Part shown: one piece after another, positions 38,722-48,762 of the stretch
Layout of the letters: the number at the start of each line of letters is the position of its first letter
How positions within the stretch are numbered: position 1 is the first letter of the stretch
Origin: a bacterium
GTDB taxonomy: Bacteria > Bacillota_I > Bacilli_A > RFN20 > CAG-288
DNA: 64,000 nucleotides
Assembly (NCBI GenBank): GCA_963612025.1
Contig: CAVDUB010000001.1
Span: forward strand, 7,323 to 71,322
Reading direction: 5' to 3'
Notes under the pieces: generated by a model
Seen by the model: only the letters and a program-made list of their open reading frames with translations
What the model was told of the DNA's origin: nothing
Database searches by the model: none
Program-made: the position numbers and the translations under genes

Positions 38722-39014
38722 ATCTCAATCCTCTCTTTACACCTAAGGCAAACCATAGGTTCAAGATAAATGATAATCACTTTCTATCTTTTTTTCAAGC
38801 AAAAGCCTAAAAAAATATAGTTTTCTATATCAACCTATCTCGAAATTCGCTATCTAGAGCAAATATGTACAACATTTGTCAATGTATGAACAAAAAAGTG
38901 AGCAAAATCACTCGTCCAATTCATTCGAAATCGCTTTTTTCGAGAAGATTATAATACGGATTGTTTGGATATCCATTCATAGCGATAGAAATCAAAATCT
39001 GATATCTGACATAG

Positions 39015-39072
39015 AAAAAGGCAATCATGCCACAACACAATATATGTATGTGGATTGATTGCCCTTCTTTTT
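39015..39072. terminator. Long hairpin terminator (bidirectional context)
   Basis: GGCAATCA..CCACA...TGTGG..TGATTGCC is flanked by an A-run and a T-run. It lies directly 3' of the ABC gene. Confidence 0.6.
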
Positions 39073-39074
39073 TC

Positions 39075-42000
39075 TTATCGATTCTGAATCGCGTCGATTG
39101 GCTTCTTGTTGGCAATCTTGGTGACTGGAAGAATCGAGGAGATGAAACTTGTCAAGAGAGCAACACCAAACAGCAACAATACAATCAGAAGACTTGGATT
39201 CATAAGGTTGAAGGATAAGTTGGCCGCTTCCTTGAACCCCTTATTCAGGAGGTAGGAGAGAATAAAGGTGATGATGGTGGAGAAGACAAAGTTGAACATC
39301 GCGATGATGAAGGCTTCGGAATAGAAAATCTTGAAGACATCGCTTCTCTTGGCGCCGACTGCCCTGAGAATACCGATTTCTCTTTTCTTGTTGTTGATGG
39401 ACACCGAGATGAAGTTATAGAAAAGAAGCATGCTGAATATGGCAAGAACAATACCGACATAGAGGAAGACCTGGGTCAGTATGGCAATCATATTGGCATA
39501 GCTCTCAGTTGTCGAAACTTCGCTGTTGCCAATTGCAACTCTCCATGAACCGACTGGCGCCGATTCGTAATCATCCATGACCTTCTTCTTTTTGAAGTAG
39601 AAATCAAGGAATTTATCCAGATTCTGATTGGATACGCCGACATAACCAGAGGTGATGGTTTCATTACTGCTGATTCCCATCTCTTTTTCCTTGGCTTTGA
39701 GAACTTCTGCATCGCTCTTCGAGATGGACAAATTCATATAATCGAGGTCAAAGTCAACACCGACAACACGGAAGGTTGGGAAAGAAAGACTATATCTTTC
39801 GTCTTTGGATGCGGAAGGGACAATGCTCAGATTCGACGATGAGAAATCATAATTCTGGAAGATTTCTTTCTGCTTGTTCTTATATTCATTCTGATATTGT
39901 TGATAATAGGAAGTGTTATAGAAAAACATGTTGAAGACTTCCTTCTTGATATCATCCGTCACTTCGTCGACTTTCTGCTGCTTTTTTAATTCCTCAATCG
40001 CTTCGGCATAATAGGAGATATTCTTATATTTCTGATAGGCTTCCTCATAGTATTGCGAAATATATTCATTTCGCAATTGATTTTCAATCTCACTGATCTG
40101 CTGAGAGAGGAAGATTGTGGATAGGCTCGGATATTTTTTTGCCAATTCCTTCTGATATTCTGAAATGGCATTCAGATAATACTTGTAATAAGAAGAGGCA
40201 GTATCATACTGGTTATTGAAATACATATTGACATACGAACTGAACAGCTGATATTTCTGTTCATTGGTCGCATTCTGATAATCTTCATCCCTATAGACAT
40301 AATTACCAGTCTCCGAATCATAAGAACCAATCGCATTCACTGGATATTCAACATATAGATCTGTTCCTTCATTGATGGCTTTCGCTTTTGCAAAATCATT
40401 CTGATAGAAATCTTCATACTTATCATTGACAGTCTTATAACAGGCTGCCTGCTTGACAAGCTGTTGAAGATTTCCGCGTTGTTCATTCGTGAAGGAATAA
40501 TCACTTCCTCCATAATTTTGCGGTGCACCGGTGAAGGTGAAACTATATGTATCTTCATCCGAGGAATCAGACGACTTATTTAAAAATTCAAGGAAGAAGT
40601 TCGGTGAAACGAGTGTCTCTTCTGAAGAAAGGCTCGTCTTATTCTTATCGAAGAAATAAGTATTTGCATGATTGGCATAATAGGCAACAGAAAGATTGAA
40701 TTTTCCCATATCCGGTTGAAGAGTTGTACTGATGATAATATCGCTATCCTTCGTCTCCGAATTTCCTGAACTGCCATAGAAATAGGTCGCATGGATTGAA
40801 GCGTTATTTTTCAATTCCATGAGAGCCTGATAATCCGGATTGTTCCAGTCAAGTTTCTCCGTCGAATTGCGATATTTGAGATACTTTTCCGGGAGTTTCG
40901 TATCGATGATGCCGGTGACCTTCTTTGTCGTCGATGAAGAATAGGAAGAATAATTCATGACACTGAATTCCATGCCTAAGACATCCTCAGGCTTCTGGAT
41001 GCTATTATCTTCTGTCAAATCCTGCAAAGAATAGTAGGTATAAAGAGAAAGACAGATTTCATTCTCGTTTGCCGGAAGAGTTCCGCATGTCAAGGAAAAG
41101 CCTAAGTCGTCCATCATCTGCTGGCTTGCTTCCATGGCATAGTTGACTCCAGTCACATGGAAAGAATCCCCGACCGAGCTTAGATTCAGATTTAAATGAG
41201 AATATTTGGAGATATAAACCTGTGCACCGGTTTCCTTCTTGATTTCAGCAATTCTTTCTTCGCTCAATCCTTCCATTTGCTGATTATCCGCTGTTTTCTC
41301 ATTATAGCGTAGGGAAAGAACATTGATCTTGTTATCCTGGATGACATTCTTGACCGCACTCTTCTCAGAGAACATGGCCAGTGTAGCACTGGTTCCGAAC
41401 AATGAGAAGGATATGGTCGACAAGAAAATCGTGAAAACCAAACGGAATGGCTTTACTCTCATGGATTTTCCACCCATTCTGAAGGCATGACCTAAGGAAA
41501 AGCGGCTCTTGACGACGTCGAAGGAATCATTTCCCATCTGAATTTTGTTCGGATCAGTGGAAATGAATTCCTGCCTGTTTCCATCCTTATCGATTCTTGC
41601 CGCTTCGCACAATGCTTCATTGGCATGGCTATCGGCTGTGATATAGATATCGCTCTTGGCGTTTTCAATGGCTTTGTTGATCAAAGGAAGATCTTCCGCA
41701 GTCAGAGGGCGATTCTTCTCGATGCGGATCATATTGTCGCCAATCAAGGAAAGACCATCATTCGCCTTGACGCTTTCCACATTTGTCTTGGTGATATCCG
41801 AAATGACCTTTCCATCCTTCAGTTCGATGACGCGGTCACCGAAATGTTCCGCAAAGTCACGGTCGTGTGAAACAATGACGACCAACTTCGTCTTCGAAAG
41901 CTTCTTCAGGGTTTCGAAGACCTGTTTTCCGGTATTGCTATCCAATGCACCGGTCGGTTCATCGCCGAAGATGATCTTCGGTTCCTTGACCAAGGCTCTT

Positions 42001-42467
42001 GCGATAGCGACTCTCTGCTTCTGACCACCAGAGAGTTCATTCGGTTTTCTTTTTCCATAGCCGGAAAGGTCGACTTCCCTAAGAATGTTCTCAATCGCTT
42101 CTTCTGTCGCTTTCTTATGCTGCAATTGCAAGGCAAGAGCAATGTTCTCCTTGACCGTGAAATCGGAAAGAATATTGTATTCTTGGAAGATGAAGCCGAG
42201 ATAGGTGTTACGATAGGAATCCATCTCGCTTCCCGAAAATTCCTTGGAGGATTTTCCATTGATGATGATTTCACCATCATCCGCCTTATCCAAGCCGCCC
42301 ATGACATTGAGAAGAGTGGATTTGCCGGAACCGGATTTACCTAAAATAAAGACGAGACCCGTTTCCGGGAATTTTAATGACACATCATTCAGCGCATGAA
42401 CAGGTTCGGCATTCTTCACCCTGTATGTGCGCATCAGATGCCTGACTTCGAGCATCATATTATACAT
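39075..42467 (-). CDS. Fused ABC ATP-binding / FtsX(MacB)-type permease with a very large extracytoplasmic domain (1,130 aa)
   Basis: AAGGAGAA SD before ATG 42467. Walker A GKSGSGKST, signature LSGGQKQR, Walker B FGDEPTGALD. TM1 is followed by a soluble region of about 600 aa, then the C-terminal FtsX motif REIGILRAVGA and 3 TM helices. Confidence 0.85.
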   Translation of the reverse strand: MYNMMLEVRHLMRTYRVKNAEPVHALNDVSLKFPETGLVFILGKSGSGKSTLLNVMGGLDKADDGEIIINGKSSKEFSGSEMDSYRNTYLGFIFQEYNILSDFTVKENIALALQLQHKKATEEAIENILREVDLSGYGKRKPNELSGGQKQRVAIARALVKEPKIIFGDEPTGALDSNTGKQVFETLKKLSKTKLVVIVSHDRDFAEHFGDRVIELKDGKVISDITKTNVESVKANDGLSLIGDNMIRIEKNRPLTAEDLPLINKAIENAKSDIYITADSHANEALCEAARIDKDGNRQEFISTDPNKIQMGNDSFDVVKSRFSLGHAFRMGGKSMRVKPFRLVFTIFLSTISFSLFGTSATLAMFSEKSAVKNVIQDNKINVLSLRYNEKTADNQQMEGLSEERIAEIKKETGAQVYISKYSHLNLNLSSVGDSFHVTGVNYAMEASQQMMDDLGFSLTCGTLPANENEICLSLYTYYSLQDLTEDNSIQKPEDVLGMEFSVMNYSSYSSSTTKKVTGIIDTKLPEKYLKYRNSTEKLDWNNPDYQALMELKNNASIHATYFYGSSGNSETKDSDIIISTTLQPDMGKFNLSVAYYANHANTYFFDKNKTSLSSEETLVSPNFFLEFLNKSSDSSDEDTYSFTFTGAPQNYGGSDYSFTNEQRGNLQQLVKQAACYKTVNDKYEDFYQNDFAKAKAINEGTDLYVEYPVNAIGSYDSETGNYVYRDEDYQNATNEQKYQLFSSYVNMYFNNQYDTASSYYKYYLNAISEYQKELAKKYPSLSTIFLSQQISEIENQLRNEYISQYYEEAYQKYKNISYYAEAIEELKKQQKVDEVTDDIKKEVFNMFFYNTSYYQQYQNEYKNKQKEIFQNYDFSSSNLSIVPSASKDERYSLSFPTFRVVGVDFDLDYMNLSISKSDAEVLKAKEKEMGISSNETITSGYVGVSNQNLDKFLDFYFKKKKVMDDYESAPVGSWRVAIGNSEVSTTESYANMIAILTQVFLYVGIVLAIFSMLLFYNFISVSINNKKREIGILRAVGAKRSDVFKIFYSEAFIIAMFNFVFSTIITFILSYLLNKGFKEAANLSFNLMNPSLLIVLLLFGVALLTSFISSILPVTKIANKKPIDAIQNR

Positions 42468-42615
42468 TTTCTCCTTTACCGTAGTATTGTATACAAAAGA
42501 TGAGACATTATTCAAAAATAGAATGAAACAAGAAAAGAAATTCACAAAGCAGAATGACAAAAAAGAGTTTTTGTCAATACTGAAAGACAAAAGGCTAGAC
42601 ACAGAATTCTTTTTC

Positions 42616-42650
42616 AAAAAAAAAAAAAAAAAACACCCCCGAAGAGGCAT
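42616..42650 (-). terminator. Terminator of tRNA-Pro: short UUCG-loop hairpin plus an 18-nt U tract
   Basis: The minus strand reads GCCUC-UUCG-GGGGU followed by T18 (plus-strand A18 at 42616..42633). Confidence 0.55.
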
Positions 42651-42662
42651 CTTTGACAATCA

Positions 42663-42739
42663 TGGTCGGAACGATGGGATTTGAACCCATGACCCCTTCC
42701 ACCCCAAGGAAGTGCGCTACCAAGCTGCGCTACGTCCCG
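42663..42739 (-). tRNA. tRNA-Pro (anticodon GGG), CCA encoded
   Basis: The reverse complement CGGGACGTAGCGCAGCTTGGTAGCGCACTTCCTTGGGGTGGAAGGGGTCATGGGTTCAAATCCCATCGTTCCGACCA folds as a cloverleaf. The anticodon loop is UUGGGGU and a GGTTCAAATCC T-arm is present. Confidence 0.9.
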
Positions 42740-42803
42740 AACACCCACCTTTCGATAGGCTTTACAATTATATTTTAACCACCCTTGTATTTCAAGGATT
42801 TTT

Positions 42804-43508
42804 TTATTTAGCGTCCTTGTTCTCCTTGTTCAGTTCCTGAAGAATGTTATTGGCATCTTCCACTTTCATTTTTCCTTCGCTGACCATCTTCAGGATGGTT
42901 TTCTGAAGATCTTCCTTTTTATTCTCCTTTATTTCTTCCTTCTTTTCCACAATTTCTTCTTTCTTCTCTTCTTTTGTCACGAGAGAAGAAATTTCCGATT
43001 TTTCTTCTTTCTCATTCAGAAGCTCGGCTGCTTCCTTTTTGATTTTCTGATAGGGATTTTCGATCAAGCGGAAATAGAGATATGTATAGACCCCTAGGAA
43101 AAGAAGATTGAGAAAATAGATGATACTATTTCCGACAGCAATCACCCTTACCCCATTATCTAGGACGCCGCCAAGCCCAGAGAAGAAATAGAAAGACTGG
43201 AGAATCACAGAAATCCAAGAAGCAATGAAGATGCCTCGACTGACGAAATGATAATTATAGAAATAGGAAATCAGGAAGGAAAGAAGGGACATCATGCCGA
43301 CAAAACAATAGGCAATGATGACAAACACCGTCGCAATGCTTGGAAGAATGACACAAAGATTGATGGTTTCCTTATTAGACAAGGTGAGCATCTCATTGAG
43401 AAGATCATATTGGGAATGGGGAACCATCATCAACAAGAACATGCTGACAGAAAAAAGAAGACTGATGAGATTGGGTACATATTGTTTCTTTTCAATTTGG
43501 TTTGTCAT
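42804..43508 (-). CDS. Multi-TM membrane protein with Lys/Glu-rich linker and SHOCT-like C-terminal helix pair
   Basis: About 5 TM helices. The C-terminal ILKMVSEGKMKVEDANNILQEL resembles the SHOCT-like motif. Its ATGA overlaps the uvrC stop. Confidence 0.6.
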   Translation of the reverse strand: MTNQIEKKQYVPNLISLLFSVSMFLLMMVPHSQYDLLNEMLTLSNKETINLCVILPSIATVFVIIAYCFVGMMSLLSFLISYFYNYHFVSRGIFIASWISVILQSFYFFSGLGGVLDNGVRVIAVGNSIIYFLNLLFLGVYTYLYFRLIENPYQKIKKEAAELLNEKEEKSEISSLVTKEEKKEEIVEKKEEIKENKKEDLQKTILKMVSEGKMKVEDANNILQELNKENKDAK

Positions 43509-45322
43509 GATTTGTTCCTTCCTTCCAGTTTTTTCTTTTCAAGAAAATAATCATCTCTCTTTTTCAAAATTTCCTTTGCCGATTCAAGAGGGACAATCTG
43601 GGAAAGTTCCTCTTCCTTGACTCCCTCTAGGGATTCCATGGTGGGATAAAGATCGAGAAGTTTCTGTTTTCTTTTCTCACCGATCTTCTTCACATCATCA
43701 TAAATGGTCTTGAACACCGCTTTTCCTCTTTTTCCACGATGATAGGTAATGGCAAAGCGATGAATCTCATCCTGCATCCGCATCAGAAGAAAGAAGAGAG
43801 GCGAATTTTTCTCAAGAGGTATCTCCTCTCCGGTATCCGCATTGATAAGGGTATCGGTTTCGTGCTTGTCATTCTTCTGTAGACCGGCAAGAGGAATATC
43901 CACGCCGACCTCTTCCTTCGCTTTCAAGCCAACCTGGCATTGGGTTGCGCCACCGTCGAGAATGATGAGGTCTGGCATCTTTGCATTCTCTTCTTTCAAC
44001 CTCGTGAAGCGACGAGTCAAGACCTCATACATGCTGGCTAAATCATCCTGGGGGTTCGGTTGGGTAATCTTGTATTTTCGATATTGCTGTGGAGCCTTTT
44101 CGCCGTTGATATATTTGACCATCGCCCCGACCGGGTCATAGCCCTGGGTATGAGAATTATCATATAATTCGATATCCAATGGCGTTTTCTTCAGTCCGAG
44201 TTTCTTTTTCAGTTCCTCAAGAAGAGCAAGGACATCATCCTCCAGACGGGCCGTCTGAAAATGCTGATCGAGCATCTGCTTTGAGTTTTCTAAAGCCATC
44301 GCCATCAAATCTCTCTTTTTCCCTCTCGTCGGGCAGAGGACCTTGATCGACAAGGACTGTGAAAGAACGTCCTTGATCGACTCGGAAGGGACAATCAGTT
44401 CTCTAGGATAATCCTTGTGTTTTTCATAGAATTCGAGGATGATTTCCTCAAGAAGATCATCAAGATCGTCCTGCAGTTCCTCCACATATGTATTCTTTCC
44501 TAAGAGGACACCTTTACGATAGAGAAGAAAGATGACGCAGATATAGCCTTCACGGATGGAATAACCCACAATATCTCTGGAAACATGGTCAGGGAAGATG
44601 ATCTTCTGTGAGGAAGTAATCTTTTGGATGCTTGTCAGAAGATTCTTATAGTCCTGTGCCCTTTCGAATTCCATTCTGTCGGCATATTCCTTCATTTTAG
44701 CCTTCATCTGGGCTTCCAAGGAGGAAGAATCGCCATTGAGGAACCGGTTGATTTCCTCCACCATATTCTGATAATCCTTCTCCTCGACCTTCTTGATGCA
44801 GGGAGCAAGGCATTGCGACATGTGGTAATAAAGACAAGGCTTGGATGGAATATTCTTGCATTTTCGAAGCGGATAGATTTTGTTCAGCAAGTCAATCATC
44901 TTAAAGGCATCCGAGCTGTTCGGAAAAGGTCCAAAATAATAATATCCTTTCTCCTTATCGCTTCTCGCAATCTTTAGATAGGGATCTCCCTTTTTCTTCA
45001 AGGCGATATAAGGATACATTCGATCATCCATCAGCATGATGTTGTATTTTGGATAATATTTATGAATCAGGGAAATCTCAAGAAGAAGAGCTTCCTTCTC
45101 GGAATTCGTCTCGATATAATCGAAATCCCGAATCTCATCAACCATTCTTTTCACTTTTCCAATCTGAGGTCTAGTGAAATACTGCTTCACTCTCTTGACA
45201 AGGGATTTTGCCTTGCCGACATAAATGATGGTTCCATTTGCATCCTTCATCTGATAGGAACCGGGAACATCCGGCAAGAGCGATATCTTCTGTTTCAGAA
45301 CAGGATAATCCAAATACGACAT
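43505..45322 (-). CDS. uvrC: Excinuclease ABC subunit C
   Basis: GIY-YIG N-domain (GSYQMKD..GTIIYVGKAKSLVKRVKQYF), a UvrBC-type domain, and an RNase H-like/HhH C-terminus. 605 aa. Confidence 0.92.
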   Translation of the reverse strand: MSYLDYPVLKQKISLLPDVPGSYQMKDANGTIIYVGKAKSLVKRVKQYFTRPQIGKVKRMVDEIRDFDYIETNSEKEALLLEISLIHKYYPKYNIMLMDDRMYPYIALKKKGDPYLKIARSDKEKGYYYFGPFPNSSDAFKMIDLLNKIYPLRKCKNIPSKPCLYYHMSQCLAPCIKKVEEKDYQNMVEEINRFLNGDSSSLEAQMKAKMKEYADRMEFERAQDYKNLLTSIQKITSSQKIIFPDHVSRDIVGYSIREGYICVIFLLYRKGVLLGKNTYVEELQDDLDDLLEEIILEFYEKHKDYPRELIVPSESIKDVLSQSLSIKVLCPTRGKKRDLMAMALENSKQMLDQHFQTARLEDDVLALLEELKKKLGLKKTPLDIELYDNSHTQGYDPVGAMVKYINGEKAPQQYRKYKITQPNPQDDLASMYEVLTRRFTRLKEENAKMPDLIILDGGATQCQVGLKAKEEVGVDIPLAGLQKNDKHETDTLINADTGEEIPLEKNSPLFFLLMRMQDEIHRFAITYHRGKRGKAVFKTIYDDVKKIGEKRKQKLLDLYPTMESLEGVKEEELSQIVPLESAKEILKKRDDYFLEKKKLEGRNKS

Positions 45323-45323
45323 G

Positions 45324-47684
45324 CTATTTCAAATGAATGACGGTTGCACCAAGCCCGCCTTCCCCTTCATTTCCAAACTGATAGTCCTTGACGAATTCCT
45401 TATGGTTGGAAAGATATTTCCAAAGGGCGTTCTTCAGGGCAAAAGTTCCCGTCCCATGGATGATGCGCACACAGGAAAACTTGCGGATTCTTGCCGAATC
45501 GAGAAAAGAGACCACATTGCGCATGGCTTCGTCGACGTGTTGACCGATGATGTTGAGTTCAAGTCCCTGGGAGGAACCGATATTGAGAATCGTCTGATCG
45601 ATCAATGCCGTCGGCGTTTTCTTCACCTTAACGTCCGCAGCAGTGAGTTTTGCCCGGGTAAGCCCCTGAATTTTTCTTCGTATGCGAAGACCAGACATAT
45701 CAAGAAGAACCTCATTCTTTTTGACTTCCAGGACCTTTCCCTGTCTTTTGTCTTCATCAAGCAGGATGTCTCCGACCTTGACATCCTTGAGAACTTCATT
45801 TTTCCCTACCGGAGAAAGACTAGGTGTCTTTTCTTCCTTGATTTTGTTGAGCTGTCCCTTCTTCTGAGAGACATCCGAATAATTCAGAGAGGAATCCTTC
45901 TTATTCGATTCTTGTTTCCAGATGCGATTGATTTCCTCGATTCTTTCATCGACAAGACGGTTGATTTTGTTTTCAGCCTTCATCTTGATGGAATTTCTTT
46001 CCTCATTGAGGGCATCGATGGCTTTCTGTCTTTTTTCGGCGAGCTTCTCAAGGTCTTTTTTCGCATTTTCGAGTTCTCTTGCCTTCTTTTCATTCTCCAT
46101 CACCTGTTGGGTAAGTTTCTCCATCAAGGCATCAGTATCCTTGTTGCTTCTTTGATTCTGGAAAGCAACGGCATCCTTGAGAATCTCTTCATCAAGACCC
46201 ATCTGTCGAGCCAAAAGAATGCCATAGGATTTTCCGGTCGTATGGAGAAGAAGACGATACGTCGGCTTGAGCCCGCTCGTATTGAATTCCATGGCACCCG
46301 TGAGACACTTCTCATCATTTGCCGCATAAATCTTCAAGCCATCGAAATGGGATGTCAGCATCGTCAGGCATCCTTTTTTCTCAAAGAAGCGAAGAAGTCC
46401 AACACCAAGTGCTTCGCCATCCTTTGGAGAGGTTCCCTCACCGACTTCATCGATGATGACAAGAGAATTCTTTGTCGCGGATGTCGTGATGTTCTTGATG
46501 CCTAAAAGATGGCTTGAGAACGTCGAAAGATTATCCATCACCGACTGGTTGTCTCCGCCCAGGAAATAGACCTCATCGATATAGGGAATCTTGCATTCAT
46601 ACATGCAAGGTGCCATAAGGCCGAGTTTATCCATCATGACGGTTAGGGCACAAGCCTTGATGAAAATAGATTTTCCACCGGCGTTTGGTCCAGTGATAAG
46701 AAGAACTCGAGGATCTTTTCCTCCTAAGGAGATACTATTCTTAATGATATTTTTTGCCTTGAGAAGCGGATGGAAAAGTTCCTTCAATGAGAATTCATTC
46801 TCCGTCATCTGAGAGATGCATCCATTATAGGAATTTCCAAAGCGGACTGCCCCAAGATAGCGGTCAAAGTTCAGAATGATTTCATAGTCTCTTTTTAGAT
46901 ATTTTATCTGCTTGTAGGCCTTTAATGAGAGATCAGAGAGAACCTTCATCACCTCCGTGGCCTCTTCCTGGACAAGACTCGATTCCTTGTTTCTCAACTC
47001 CAAGGCTTCATAGGGAACCATGAAGACCGTTTCCCCTGTCGAGGAATAGGAAATCACGCTTCCTTTGACAAATCCCTTATCCGAGGTACGGACAGCAAGG
47101 ACTTCCTGATTATCTCTTAAGGCAATGCTATCGCTCGAAAGATAAGCGCTATAACGGTTCTTATACGAATTCATGATGTTCGAAAGCTGTCTTCGGATGC
47201 TTCGCAAGGAGCTTCTTAGATCGCGAAGCTTTACACTGGCATTATCCGAGACGGTGAGATCCGGTTCGATGCAGTTAAGAATGTCTCTTTTCAGCTGAAT
47301 CAGGGGATTGAGATCTAGGGCATCATCATTGAGATGGAAATACTGCTTCTTGTCATAGAGAAGATCATAGAGGCTTTCACTTGCCGAGAGAAGATCCGCG
47401 ATGGAATTCAGTTCTCCGCAAGAAAGAACAGACTGCTTCTCCAGAGAGAGAAAAATTGGTTCGAAATCAAGAAGAGATGGAATATTGATTTCATGTCCGT
47501 CGTGAAGAAGACGGGAAAATTCCTCCAAATATTCATGGGAAAGAAGGATATCATCCTTCGAGGCAGCCAGATATCCTTCACGGCTGAAGTTTTTCTTCAA
47601 TCCCTGAAGGGAAAAGAAGCCTTTCAGTTTTTCGATGACTTCGTCAACTTCATGATTCAAATAATTTTCTTCCATATTGTCCAT
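45324..47684 (-). CDS. mutS2: Endonuclease MutS2 (MutS ATPase plus C-terminal Smr domain)
   Basis: Walker A GPNAGGKS, a DE(V)G motif, a coiled-coil region, and a C-terminal Smr domain (LNIIGQHVDEA...RIIHGTGTFALK). Confidence 0.92.
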   Translation of the reverse strand: MDNMEENYLNHEVDEVIEKLKGFFSLQGLKKNFSREGYLAASKDDILLSHEYLEEFSRLLHDGHEINIPSLLDFEPIFLSLEKQSVLSCGELNSIADLLSASESLYDLLYDKKQYFHLNDDALDLNPLIQLKRDILNCIEPDLTVSDNASVKLRDLRSSLRSIRRQLSNIMNSYKNRYSAYLSSDSIALRDNQEVLAVRTSDKGFVKGSVISYSSTGETVFMVPYEALELRNKESSLVQEEATEVMKVLSDLSLKAYKQIKYLKRDYEIILNFDRYLGAVRFGNSYNGCISQMTENEFSLKELFHPLLKAKNIIKNSISLGGKDPRVLLITGPNAGGKSIFIKACALTVMMDKLGLMAPCMYECKIPYIDEVYFLGGDNQSVMDNLSTFSSHLLGIKNITTSATKNSLVIIDEVGEGTSPKDGEALGVGLLRFFEKKGCLTMLTSHFDGLKIYAANDEKCLTGAMEFNTSGLKPTYRLLLHTTGKSYGILLARQMGLDEEILKDAVAFQNQRSNKDTDALMEKLTQQVMENEKKARELENAKKDLEKLAEKRQKAIDALNEERNSIKMKAENKINRLVDERIEEINRIWKQESNKKDSSLNYSDVSQKKGQLNKIKEEKTPSLSPVGKNEVLKDVKVGDILLDEDKRQGKVLEVKKNEVLLDMSGLRIRRKIQGLTRAKLTAADVKVKKTPTALIDQTILNIGSSQGLELNIIGQHVDEAMRNVVSFLDSARIRKFSCVRIIHGTGTFALKNALWKYLSNHKEFVKDYQFGNEGEGGLGATVIHLK

Positions 47685-47796
47685 CTCACCTATAAATTAC
47701 ATAATAGGTATTATATCGCACAAGAGGGAAATTTTGACCCTTTCGGAAATGAGAAAGAGTTTTCCATCCCCATGGGAAATCCTTTATAATAGTCGC

Positions 47797-48726
47797 ATGA
47801 CATACATAACCATCAAGACAGACTTGGCCAAGGCCAGTGAAATCAAAGATTTTCTTCAAGCAAAAGAAATCCGCGATGAAAAACATCCCTACGACTATTT
47901 TGATTCATCCTATCAGGGAATCCATATCCATGCCTATCGAAACAAAAAGGAAATCTATACCATCTCATTTTCCGGAGAAGAAGAAAAGGTAAAAGAACTT
48001 GCCAGCATCTTCTCAACGGATTTCACAATCAAGAAGAGTGAGTCAAAAGAAACCAAACCCCACAATATCATGGAAGGCTGGGAGGACTTTGGTCCCCAGA
48101 TCGGATCCGACGAGGTCGGAAAAGGAGATTTTTTCGGTCCCTTGATTGTCGTCGCAAGCTATGTCGGAAAAGAAGATATTCCCTATCTCGAGAAGATGAA
48201 AATCAATGATTCGAAAAAAATGAATGATGATTACATCCTAGAAATTGGACCTGCTCTGAAAAAGAAGATCAAGAACTATATCGTCTTGATTTCCGCCGAT
48301 AAACTCTCAAAGCTCCATGACAATCATATCAATATCGATAAAGCGCTTTCCATTGCACACAATCATGCCCATCGAGGGCTGATGAAAAAATACGATCTCC
48401 CTGATTTCCTCATCACCTATGTCGACCAATTCCTCGCCGAAGACAATTATCGGAAATACGTTGCCGACGACATCATAAAGAATCCACTCTACTTCCGCAC
48501 AAAAGGAGAAACTTATTATCCTTCTGTGGCTGTATCGAGCGTCATTGCACGCTATACCTTTTTAGTTGAATGGAAAAAGATGGAAGAACTTTTCCATATG
48601 GTAATTCCAAAAGGAGCCTCTCGAAGTGTCGACACGACATTCGGAAGACTCAAAAACCTCTATGGGAATGAAAAAGTCTCTCCCTATGTAAAAAGATTTT
48701 TCACCAACTACACAAAACGGATGTAA
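47797..48726 (+). CDS. rnhC: Ribonuclease HIII
   Basis: N-terminal TBP-like domain plus an RNase HII/HIII catalytic core (GSDEVGKGDFFGPLIVVA, ...DSKK...). ATG 47797 follows a TATAAT by 6 nt. Confidence 0.85.
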   Translation: MTYITIKTDLAKASEIKDFLQAKEIRDEKHPYDYFDSSYQGIHIHAYRNKKEIYTISFSGEEEKVKELASIFSTDFTIKKSESKETKPHNIMEGWEDFGPQIGSDEVGKGDFFGPLIVVASYVGKEDIPYLEKMKINDSKKMNDDYILEIGPALKKKIKNYIVLISADKLSKLHDNHINIDKALSIAHNHAHRGLMKKYDLPDFLITYVDQFLAEDNYRKYVADDIIKNPLYFRTKGETYYPSVAVSSVIARYTFLVEWKKMEELFHMVIPKGASRSVDTTFGRLKNLYGNEKVSPYVKRFFTNYTKRM

Positions 48727-48762
48727 TATTTTATAATAAAAGAACCAAATAGAAAGGAGAGG

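Noticed and set aside
45321-46505. Very long ORFs lie antisense to real genes: 45321..46505 (394 aa, opposite mutS2), 49492..50466, 59595..60587, 57079..57894, 36353..37102, 6851..7639, 8198..9043, 28500..29255, 60881..61606 and 1328..1942.
   Set aside because: - Each lies fully inside a gene with clear family motifs on the other strand.
- Their products are low-complexity (rich in Ile, Phe, Leu, Arg and Asp) and have no motifs, SDs or terminators.
- The coding strands rarely use TTA, CTA or TCA codons, so stops are depleted on the reverse strand. These are shadow ORFs.
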